Shown one piece after another: positions 53,281 through 64,000 of a stretch of DNA of 64,000 nucleotides. Under the pieces are notes generated by a model, which was given only the letters and a program-made list of their open reading frames with translations, searched no databases and was not told the DNA's origin. The stretch comes from Takakia lepidozioides. Lineage: Eukaryota > Plantae > Bryophyta. Within the stretch, counting starts at the first letter, position 1; each line of letters opens with the position of its first letter. The stretch is from NCBI GenBank assembly GCA_030704615.1, contig CM060732.1, forward strand, positions 42,470,001-42,534,000, given 5' to 3'. Made by a program: the position numbers and the translations under genes.

Positions 53281-54052
53281 GCCTGACGGGCTCGCCCAAA
53301 GGCCGCTTACAGGGCAGAATCGGCCAAACACGGCCCGTTCACTGGCGTTAAAAGCAGGTGTGGCGGATTCTCGCCGCTACATGGCGCAATATGATTGCGG
53401 TTCGATTATCCCATATTGATTGCCCAGATTCAGAGCCCCGGAGAGGATATAAACGGGGCGAACCTCAGCGGAAGGCGGCTGGGATGATGGCTGACGACAT
53501 GGGCCTCGGAGGTAGGTCTGCCGTTCTCTGAGCATAATCGGCCATCCCTGCCGATTCTGCCCTGGGTGGCCGATTCGGCCTGAGAATTAGGCCGAAAAAG
53601 GGGCAGAATCTGCCACACCTGCTTTTAATGTACTAGAGAACGGGTCGTGTTTGGCCGATTCTGCCCTGTAAGCGGCCTTTGGGCGAGCCCTGTAAGCGGC
53701 CTTTGGCCGAGCCCGTCAAGGCGAGCCCTATGGCCGCGCACAGGGCAGAGTCGGCCACACACGGCCCGTTCACTGGCGTTAAAAGCAGGTGTGGCGGATT
53801 CTCGCCACTACGTGACGCAATATGATTGCGGTTCGATTATCCCATATTGATTGCCCAGATTCAGAGCCCCGGAGAGGATATAAACGGGGCGCGCCTCAGC
53901 GGAAGGCGGCTGGGATGATGGCTGACGACATGGGCCTCGGAGGTAGGTCTGCCGTTCTCTGAGCATAATCGGCCATCCCTGCCGATTCTGCCCTGGGATT
54001 CGGCCTGAGAATTAGGCCGAAAAAGTGGCAGAATCTGCCACACCTGCTTTTA
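53281..54052. repeat. GC-rich foldback/MITE-like unit with ~90-bp inverted arms, tandemly duplicated
   Basis: 53288-53371 is the reverse complement of 53606-53690. 53740-54052 repeats 53309-53626 nearly exactly. Confidence 0.85.
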
Positions 54053-54689
54053 CCGTAAACATAGGGGATTAATACAGGAGTAAAAAATTACCTTAGAAGG
54101 GGCCACCCACAACTTAGGCCTGGGGGAAGGGGAAGGAAAAACGGGGAAGGGGCCAAAACGGAGGCCCAGGGAACAGGAACCAAGAGGGCTGCCAAGGCCA
54201 AGCCAGCAGATTCACAAACGGCATCACAAGACTACTATGCTTGAGTGCCTGCTATTCCAACTACACCACATCGTGCACACCACTAGGAACTCCTCTGTAC
54301 ATGTAGCAGCTACAACCACGAAATGAAAAGGCAATGATTTTCTCTTGCACAATTCCCAAGAGGAACTGCACTTGCTATCCATTTTTCAGACTCGAATTGC
54401 AACAGCCTGCAGCCATCCCATCTCAGCACACCCTGGATTCCAAGGAAGAAGATGCAAGCAAGTCTTGCAAAGACTGTGCAGAGAAGTGTTGTGCAATTGC
54501 TGGGGGGGGGCCCTATGAAACATAAAAGATATTATATTAGGCAAGGTATAAGTTTGTTTTGTTTTGTTTCGTCCTTGAGATCTCTCAAACCACAAGTCCT
54601 CAGGCCATGGCCTTGATACCTCTTGAAAGCCCTTGCAAACAATTACTACTACTTAAATGGAGGTTGGGTAGTGTTAACACAAGGGCATA

Positions 54690-56470
54690 TTTTGCGAATT
54701 TCCAGGATACTTGGAGAAATTGTACAGCGAAACAATAGTTTGTGAAACTATTTCCAAACGTTCACATGAGCACTAAATACATCACATAACTAGTTACAAC
54801 ACATAACGAACAAGTAATCCCTACACCTGATACACGTGTTACCCTATAGGTGTGGATTTTCCTCACGTTGTGCTCACACAATATTGTACCCTGTTCATAA
54901 TAAGCGCAAGAGTGGGCAGTGGGACTTCAGGTCACATTTAAGGTCCTCGCCCATGGATAATTTTGCAAGGCAAACCTCCGACCCCTAAAACTACTTTTAC
55001 ATTTTACTTACATTTTTTTCGACGGACACTGAAAAAATATTGGGTTTATGCTCTAGCCTATATTCTGAGAGATTTCCATTGAATATGTCATAAAATATGT
55101 CGGAATATATATCCTAAACCATGTTCTGTCTCATGATATGGAACATGAATAATATCAAAACATGTATATTATTCTAAGACTATCCAGATATTGGGCATTG
55201 ACATCCTAATTGTGTATGTGGGATTTTTTGGATGTTGGGATTTTCGTATAGAATGTCTGGATTCAAGTTATATCACGAAGGGTTTCTCAATGCGAAACCC
55301 ACCGCTACTTAGGTTTGTGGCTATAGCACTAGTATAGCACCAAATATTTCCCAATGCAAAACACTCCGCCGCCGTTGTTGTTGTTGTTTTGTTGCTGCTG
55401 TAGGTTTAGGGTTGATTGCTATACTATTCAAGGTTTTGCCTCGCAAAACCCTAGTTGAATTAGAGTTTTATATGTGGTGTAGTTTGTTTTTCGGTGAAGG
55501 TGAACCACAAAAAATAGTTGAATATTGAAATGATTCTTTGAGTATTTAATATGTTTTGGTTTGCAAGTGATTATTTGGAGTGTATTCAATGTTTATAAAT
55601 GCATAGATAGGCTAGGTAGTTTATCGAATTGGTGCAGTTGTTCCCTCCAAACACACCAGTCCCCTATACCCGTCCTCTATACCCGTGTATCGTGTATCGT
55701 TTGTTTTTTGTTTTGAAAACAGATAACTCCTATGACCAAGGTTAAAAAACATAAAACCCCATGACCGTAGGTTGTGCTCACAGTGTGCTCACACGATACC
55801 AACCTTAAATGAATTAAATAGACGAGGAAAAAGTTACCTTGCAATTGAGCCGTGAAGAACAATGAAAGAAAAAATTGTTTAATGGTAGCCAAATTGCTTC
55901 CAACTTTTTGCTTGCCAACCCCAACCTACTTGGCTTGACAAAACAACATTAAAACTTAAATTCTTCTTATAAACACGAGTCAGCCAAGAATTAGGATAAT
56001 GGAAAACATTGTTCTTTTGGCCACTATTGGATTGCCACAAGGACATTGAGTTTTCCATTGAAAGCCCATCTCTAAATATCCATACGCCACATGAGCAAAT
56101 TAGTCCAATGAACAATCACCACCAAGTTAAGAGCATCCCTGTCCGATTCTACCATTTTAGATGTTCACAATGGAGCCCAATAGGTGCCTATAGTAGCGGT
56201 ACCAGCGAGTTTTGCATTGAGAAACCTTTGGTGATATAGCCACAAACTTGTGCACGGTAGGTTTCACATTGAAAACCCCTTAGTGATATAGCTTGAATAC
56301 CAAATCCCAACAACCAACAATCCCACATTTTTCGTGGAAAATCCACGCTTATAGGATAACATGTGTATCATGTATAGGGGTCACTTGTTCTTTTTGTGTT
56401 ACGATTAGTGCTTATATGAACAATTGAAATAGTTTCGCAAGTTTTTGATTTTGCAAATTATCGTTTCGGC
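54690..56470. mobile_element. Degenerate non-autonomous element with long imperfect inverted ends
   Basis: ~54750-54867 is inverted relative to ~56333-56440, and ~55217-55330 is inverted relative to ~56229-56328. AT-rich, with no transposase ORF. Confidence 0.6.
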
Positions 56471-58910
56471 CCGGTATATGGGGGCGAGGCGGGGTATCAG
56501 AGCAGGATACCATACCAGGCGGGTATAAGCAACCGGCAGTACCCCGGGCAGAACATATTGGGGGGAGTATAGCGAAACCCTAATACCTGGGCTCCTACCA
56601 GACCAGCCTGGTATTGCAAACAACGCAGCTTTGTCGATACCAATACTCCCTCTTCCGCTGTCGCTTGCACCTTAGGTATCAATTTGTAGAGCTGTGGGGA
56701 TTAGGGTGCAGCAATGGAGAGTTACGGCTCTTTGATTGAGGCTATCTGGAGGCAATTTAAGCGGAGTAAGGGCTGTAAGCTATAAGCTGAGTAAGTGCTT
56801 GGGGTTCTCATGTGGTCAAATTGTTAGGTGCTATGGTTTTCAAGCCTTTTCTGTTGATTTTGGTTGTATGTTGCAATGTATTGATACTAGTCTACCTATA
56901 CATACCAGACTGGTACATTAAAAAGTTGATATCTACTTTGATACCATTGCCTGCCACGTGTGAAGGAGGCCTCTTTACCGACGATACAAGACCCTGGCTG
57001 GTATGAAATGTTTATGATAGCGGTCCAACACTGGTGCATAGTACATACCAGTGTTGGGGGGGGGGGCAGGGGCATAAGATACTCCGGGGTATAACCGGCA
57101 ACCGGACTCACTGATGAGTGGTAGGAACCATTTAAGAGCCATACCCGCTTGTGGTATTGAGGGGAACATGAGCACATATAGAAAACTGCCCGGTTTGGCA
57201 AGGTTATCAATCAGTCTTGTCTTTCCTTGTGGGCGCTATATTGGATAAAGGGCCCCGGGTTTGTGTCAGGTGTGAAGATTAGAGGGTGGTCCAGGAGTTA
57301 AAAAGCGGGGGCATATAGTAAGCTACAAAGGGATTTGAATAAATATCCGTTGTTTAAGGGGGTAAGAAAAAAGACGATAGAAAGACGACATATATTAAAT
57401 GGCAGATGTTTTGGGCGCCAGTTTGGGTAGTTAGAGTACCAGTGTCAAGTGGTGGGAGTACGGGTGATTAGGGTATGACATGTGTTGGGTTTGAGCGGCC
57501 TTCTGGAAGGCTCCACGGCGCTTGACGGGGTCGGCCCACCGCCCTCAAAGGCTATATAAGGGAGGTTAATCCCCTCCTCTTTACTACCCTAGTATCTATA
57601 AGTAAGTACCTTACTAACTACTTATTGGCGGGCTTTGTCAGAAGGCCCAAGATAAATGCAAAAGAGGACATAACTATTCATATATATAAATTAATAGAAC
57701 ACTATAGTATGGCACTATAGTATAGCCTTGGGTAAGCCCTCTAAGTTTGCGTGGGCCCTATCCATTAGAGGATGGTCGAGGAACTAAAAAATGGGGGATA
57801 TATAAGCTACACAAGGATTTGAAGAAACAAATAACCCATGTGTAAGGGGGTCCGAAAAAAAAGACGGTAGGAAGGCAACGGCTATTAAGTGGAGGATGGT
57901 TCAGGCGCCAAATTGGGGTAAGCAAGTGTCAAGTGGTGGTTTCTAGGGGTGACATGTATTGGGCAACCTTCTAGAAAGATCCCCGACCGCCTGATGGGTC
58001 TGGGCTGCCTCTTTGAGAGGGTAAAGGAGAGAGCGTTCTCATCCAGGGCCGCCTCTTACTACTTACTAAGTTAGTACCTACTTTGGGCTTTGCACATCAA
58101 TGCAGGGCCCCAAAAGAAGATGCAAACATGGACCATAGCTATATTAATTAATAGAACAGCTGAGCTGAATCATGCCCCCCAAGCTGGATAAGTACCCAAA
58201 ATGTTGGAAAGGACTATTTCTTCAAGGTCCAAAATAGAGTCCCTAGGATCAATGAGTGGGTTTTTTGGGCGGCGCCGAGTCTAGACATATGAGGGAGCAC
58301 TTTTACTCTCCATGGGTACACAGCTTTGGTGGGCGCACAGTCCCTACAAATTGGAAGAGAGCCAACCATGACTTAACTAACGTGATTCTTGGCATGGTTA
58401 AGATTGCAAAAACATCTCTCTCAATTTTTGGCCGAATCAATTACTATAATCTCTTTATTTGTTAGTTTAGTACTAGACGCAAAGTCTCCATTTGCTACAC
58501 CTATGGGAGTCTGAATTCTCATATGCACCGCAAATGAGCATCCAAAATATACTAGAGCACATTGCGATGCCCTAGAGGAGTGCGCCTCACATAATCTACC
58601 CGAGGTTGGGTAGCACGTGAGCACGTTGGCACGAGAGCATAAGCAAATTTTTGCATATTCCCAAGATGCCTTAGGAACATCACTGGTATGCACCAGTGTT
58701 GGACCGGTATATAGGTCCAACCCGGGTATCAATACTGGTATCAATCCGGGTAGGTAATACCATACCCGACTGGTAGGTAAGATGGCCGATACCCTGGGCA
58801 ATACCATACTACGGGCAATACATACTTCGCTCCATACTACGGTGTATACCATACCAGTCTGGTATCACGATGAAGGTTATTGCTATTGATACCAATATTG
58901 CTGCAATGTG
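56470..58910. mobile_element. Nest of TACC/GGTA-rich MITE-like relics with CAGTGTTGG / CCAACACTG ends, plus a diverged ~490-bp tandem duplication (~57278-57700 and ~57764-58160)
   Basis: GTCCAACACTG at ~57023, CAGTGTTGG at ~57049 and ~58694; 56470-56645 is similar to 58704-58895. Confidence 0.5.
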
Positions 58911-61313
58911 AGCTTCCAAACAACAGTAGGTGTATGTGTGGAGTTAGGGCAAGGGAATTCATGGGCGGTTGCAAAACTGGATTAGGGCTGATTACTGAAT
59001 GTATGAAAGCAGGATATGTGTAGATGGGTGAGGAAATGAGGCTGTGATGTTTGGAGACCTATGTGGATCAGTGCTGAAATAGCTAAGGGAAGTGCTTTGC
59101 TTCGCCTCTCATTTTAAGATAATAGGGTCTTCAATGGGCACGTGTGATGTGGCCGGTGGGCCCCGCACACGGACGCCCGGCTCCCCAGCACCCCGCCCGC
59201 CCGCCCGCGCCCCCGTCCGCCGCGCGGCATGTCCCCCGCCCATGAGTCCGCTGCCCTCCAGTCTGCCAGTCCGGTGCTGGCCAGTCTGCTGCCCAGCAGT
59301 CTGCCAGTCCGCCAGTCTGCCTGCCAGTCCGGTACTGGCCAGTCCGCTGCCCAACAGTCTGCCAGTCCGCCAGTCTGCTCGCCAGTCCGTTGGCCAGTCC
59401 CCTGCCATCCAGTCCGCTGACGGCGCAGGATCGCCACCGTCCATTCCCATAACCCATCCGAGCCCTCCATTTTTAGGGCTGCGAAAATGGCAATGATCTT
59501 GCCACCAAATCCCGGCCGCTCTCTTTTTACGGCTGTTTGTTGTCCGATGTTGCGGTAGGCGTTTCCATGCACGTGACTGTTCCTCTTTTACGCGCGTTGT
59601 TCATGATGATGATGAAGCGTGTGCTTGAACATGAGAGGACTGTCTCGGCACTACAGCCACCATCGTGCATATGCTTCCACTATTTTTGCCTTCTTGTTGT
59701 GCTTTCGGGAACCTTCGTTTTATGGTATGGTTCTATGTCATAAATATGGAAAATGCGGACATCTGTCGTCGATAACGTCCTCTGCTTGTGATCCATCATG
59801 ATACGTTTAGCCCCTTCGTACTGCATCCCTCATGAGAGCCTTCACAAGTTTAGTTCGTTAAAGGAACCCATGCGTAACATGGGCGCGAAAAATGGCGGAA
59901 GCGTATGCACATGGGGGCGTGTATTGCAGATTTCGTATCGGACGATGGGACTATTTATGTGACCAAGTATAGCGGTTTGCATCCGTCGTGCATAAGTTGT
60001 GGAAAAGGGTGGAGAATCTGAAGAAACCCAGCTTTGTGATGGATCCACATGGTATTATATAAAGGATGACAGCACAAAAAAGCAATTCAAGTTGTCACGG
60101 AACACCATCCAGTCCTAAGGTCCTCAAACATCCACACGCACCTGCTGAATGCAGATGTCTGAGCCACGACGGGAGTAGGTGCAGAATCGGTACATTGTCG
60201 CATTTGCCAGGAGACGGACCAGGCTGAGACAATTGCATCTGCAAATGCGCGTGGATGTTTGAGGTCCGTTGTGTCGCGAGTCTGTTCACAGTGGGTCCAC
60301 TGACCCGTCAGTGCTCCGGATATTCCCCTTATCGCGTGCATAACAGTCAGTTTGGAGGCGGTCTGCTGAAAGTCCGTCTGTTGGGATATCAGTCTGTTGC
60401 ACTAAGTCTGTTTGACTTCTTATTTTCCCTCTGGTCAGTCTTTTGGCTTGTTCTCCTGCTAGTCTGGCGAAACGTCCGTCTGCTGGACAGTTCTCCTCTA
60501 TGGATATCAGTCTGTTGGACTGTGCATGCATCAGTCTGTTGTGCCGCGAGTCTGTTCGCAATGGGTGTGTTCGACTTTCCTGTTCTCCCCTTACTCTCTT
60601 TTGTCTTCATTCCACCCGCTTCTTTGCAAACCAGTCTGCTGAACTGGAGGTGTGCTCGACAATCGTTCCCCGATGGATATCAGTCTGTTCGTCTGGTACT
60701 TTGTCAGTTTGTTCTGCTGCCAGTCTCTTTTCAGTGTGTCCGCTAGCAGGGAAGTGCCTCCAATATGAAGCCGCTTCGCCTCAGCAAAGCGAATAGTCCG
60801 CTGGACAGGCGGTCCGGTGGACTCTCGGTCCGATGGGAAATGAGTCTGTTGCACGTGCGAGGACCGTGGATGAATTTAGTACGATGCGTTTGTTCGGTGG
60901 ACGTATTCAATGTGATGACGGAGGATAGTTGGCGCCTGTGAAATCGCGCCACATTGGCAGTGCCATGCCCGCTTTCCCCCTTCTACTTCTACTTTCTTCT
61001 CATGTTCCCTGTGCGATCGACTCCATTCTCTTCGCGCCTGTTTCTTCGCACTATTTTGTTTTCCTCTTTGCGTTTCCATCACCGTAACGAAAGACGGCCG
61101 TTCTTCCCTAGGTGTGGAGAGTCGCGGTGAGCCGCGAAGCGTCGCAAACACGCTCGCCTTCGTAACAACTCGAAGTTCATCGGCTCGGTGAGGTTCTCAC
61201 TTGCTACGGTGTTTCCATTTCATTCTGTGTCCTCTTCTTGCTTAGGGTGAGTCTTTTCATAGGACTTCTATCTGTCGCTCATTGTCCTTGCACCCTCGTC
61301 TCATTCTGCAGCG

Positions 61314-62990
61314 ATGGAGGATGCTTGTGAAAAGGGTGGAGCGGACTGGGTGGATTTTGTGCACCAAACCAGACTGAAGAAGGAGCGAAGGTACTGGTAC
61401 TCACCAGACGAGTTTGATCATAAAATAGTGGAAGCATTTGTAGACCTCCGCGCCCAGAAGCCCAAAAACTCGAATTGGCAGAAGGACAAGCTCTTCTGTC
61501 CCTTCTGTGAAGGGGTTATCAAGGACAAAATCCAACTAAATCGGCATTGTGTTGACACGGGTTGCAAGGAGACTGTTGCAATGATTCCACGGGATTTCAA
61601 GCCTTGGCCGATACTGAAAGAAATGTCGATTGTCAAAGAGGCCACAATGCGCTTGCGCGGATCAGTGCTTGACCCCTGCACTTTGGAATTAGACAAAGTG
61701 CGCGCACGGTATGGCGTCCATTCTGGTGGCCCGTCAATGGAGGATTTGCAAGTGCAGGGAACGTCGGACGCTGCTTGAAACGTAAACTGAGTGATGGGGC
61801 CCAAAAAAAGGAGAGGCAAAAAAAGGAGAAGGCTGCAAGGTCTGCTCGCGAGGCAAGGGCAAAATCCACGCAACAGACTGAACCCCGTCCTGGGCGGCAG
61901 ACCCACACCATCAGTACTGATACTGAAAGTGAATCTGCTCAGGGCGGGCAAACCATTATCCGGAATGATGACTTCGAAGGCCTGGAAGGGGTGACAAGTC
62001 CAGTGGACATTGACTTGCTTGACCAGACTCGGCAGCAGACTCACACAAATATCGCAACCCATGCCAGAGGTTTAGGGTCAAAACCAACAACTCAACAGAG
62101 CACTGAAGGGCCAGTCTGCCCTGGCACATTGCGCCTCGTTGACTTTGGGCTTTTCCCACCAGAGTGCCCACCAATTGGGAATCCAGACTTCTTCCGTTAT
62201 TTCTACAGAGTTGCCCAGTCAGGTCTGCTACGCACATTCATCCGACAGGCGGAACAGAACTGGTTGAACAGCTTTGAAGATGAAGATGACGATGCTGAAG
62301 TAGAGGAGGTAATGGTCAGTCTGACCGCCCAATCTGTTCTCTGTGTTGTTTGAGTCCATCATCGGGGTCACGTTGCCTATTCAGTCTGGTCAGTCCGTTG
62401 CGTTCTCTCCTCAGTCCGCTGGCTCACTCCGCTCATCAGTTAGTCTGTTTTATATCGCTGCATTACTTACTGAGTCCGTTTGTCAGTTCGCTGGTCCAGT
62501 CCACTGGTACAGTCTACTAGTTGCCTCCACCCTACGTACGCACGTTACGTCTGTCAGTCTGTGTGAGTCCAGTCCGCTGCATGAGGTGAATATAGAGTCC
62601 ACGTCCATATTCCTGACGTCCAAGTTCTTTGCCGTGTACGAGGATGAACGTGTTTCTATTCGTAGGGCCATTCAGGCTTGGCGGATACCTAGCAATGATG
62701 CTCCTTTACAAGCGACTGCAGTGCGTGCGGAAGTGGACCACGTGCGAGAGTACATATTATTGAAGTATCATGGGTCAGCTGCTGCTATAGCGGCATTACA
62801 TATTCAAGACGCGTCGGGGGGGAATGCGTCTGGGATAGCCGAATCTGCTATCCAGCAGACTCCCATTCAGCAGGCCGTCATCCAGCAGACTCCCGTTCAG
62901 CAGCCTGTCATCTTGCAGACTCCTCTCCAGGAGCCCATCATGCAGCCCATGCCAATGGGAAGTCCTGTCATCCAACAGACTACAGACTAG
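61314..62990 (+). pseudogene. Frameshifted ORF with a C2HC-type zinc finger, basic and acidic tracts, and QQTP repeats
   Basis: CPFCEGVIKDKIQLNRHCVDTGC (C-x2-C-x12-H-x5-C); frame change at ~61775 into LKRKLSDG..KKERQKKEK; (V/I)QQTP repeats at 62850-62985. Confidence 0.5.
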
Positions 62991-63026
62991 CAGACTGACC
63001 AGCAGACTGTCTTTCTCTCACATAGC

Positions 63027-64000
63027 ATGGCGCTTTTTGCAGTTTGGCGATCGCCATCACCGGTAATTCGACCCGGAGCTGAAGACCTCACACTTCCCCG
63101 GCTTAGGGTGGGAGAAATTAATCCCCATTTGGATTGGCATAATGAGCTCCACCAGATTGTTGCGGACCGCCAGTGGTCATTTGTACCCTTTCATTATTCC
63201 ATGGAGATTTCTGTTGAGGAAGCCAACCATGTTCTGGAAGCCGCCTCTGCTGTTGCCATTGAAGCCACAAACGTCCAAAATGCGCCGCCTCTACTTGTGC
63301 AGCTGATTCTCATGGATGACCCACGGCCTGAAGACCTCAAACATATGCCTATGGCACATCCAACCTTTGGGGTGCGAAGAAAGCACTTGTTTGGATAGAC
63401 TGAGGAGGACTTTGAGTGCGTGGCAGTTTCCTTCCTACAACACAGATGGATGCAATTTGGCAATTTCCGCTCATACAACAAGTTGATGAAGGATCTGCAT
63501 AGTTTGAGGATGGACTTACTCCATGGAACAGACCATTCACAGAAGTTTGTGGTCGATGACGCATTGCACTGGTTTGCATTGGTGATGGAGCAAGCAGTAT
63601 TCGACATTGTTTTGCAGAATCCCAATGTCTTCAAAGTCCTGTGGTGTGGGATCCCAACTGAAGACCGCATCGGCGCCATTGCTCATCTCGATGGAGCATG
63701 CTTGTGCCGGCAAATCAAGGACATTGGCCTCGTCGGAAATCTCTTGGAAGGTAAAATGTATATGGGCAACTTTCGTGTTTCAGCTCAATTTCTTTTGCCA
63801 GCTTTTTTAGAAGTTTACATTTGCATAAACATGTGTTGCAGGGCAAGTTGATCTGGGAGACAAGCAAGTGCAGGCTGCTTTCGACTCTTTTGCCAGAGGT
63901 GCAAGGGACCTTGTCCTGGCTTTACAAGGAGTTTGGGAGACTGTCCAGCAGACTGGCCACAAGAATGTCCAACAACATATTCCCCACGACACATGTGGAC
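63027..64000 (+). pseudogene. Unknown ORF with one in-frame TAG (63396-63398) and a probable intron at 63751-~63841
   Basis: The reading frame continues through the TAG (LFG*TEEDFECVAVSFLQHRW...); donor AG/GTAAAA and acceptor TTGCAG. No family recognised. Confidence 0.45.

Larger units (their letters stand above)
59114..64000 (+). mobile_element. Unclassified large TE-like element with CAGTC(T/C)G motif arrays and decayed ORFs; runs off the right edge
   Basis: Abrupt GC-rich start at ~59115; dense CCAGTCTG/CCAGTCCG array at 59258-59418; CAGTCTG(T) scattered over 60280-60850 and 62100-63010. Confidence 0.55.

Noticed and set aside
59092-59572. Overlapping Pro/Ser- and Gly/Trp-rich ORFs
   Set aside because: By-products of the GC-rich CCAGTCYG repeat array.

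Overview
Eukaryotic land-plant nuclear DNA with GT-AG introns. A ciliary-type gene suggests a lineage with flagellated sperm (inference). Host genes in order: the 5' part of an ABCB/P-glycoprotein transporter (-); plastid ribosomal protein S20 (-), head-to-head with a probably plastid-targeted TPR protein (+); an AMY2-type alpha-amylase with extra N-terminal exons (+); a 95-aa acidic orphan (+); and a ~20 kb, ~14-exon gene for a ~1290-aa protein with an axonemal-dynein-light-chain-like domain and an EF-hand (+). Introns and spacers hold three non-LTR retroelement families. Family A is APE-RT-Zn finger with a (TC)n tail, family B is RTE-X-like with a (CATTT)n tail, and the third is a CRE-like element with a restriction-like endonuclease. 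The last 11 kb is a nest of DNA-transposon-like relics plus an unclassified element carrying orphan ORFs. The most notable signals are: (i) a covarying hairpin module shared by the 3' ends of family A and a tRNA-like SINE; (ii) head-to-tail LINE arrays apparently built on their own (TC)n tails; (iii) three LINE copies in which the C-terminal Zn-finger segment is inverted in place. All exon models and folds were derived by eye and no database searches were run.
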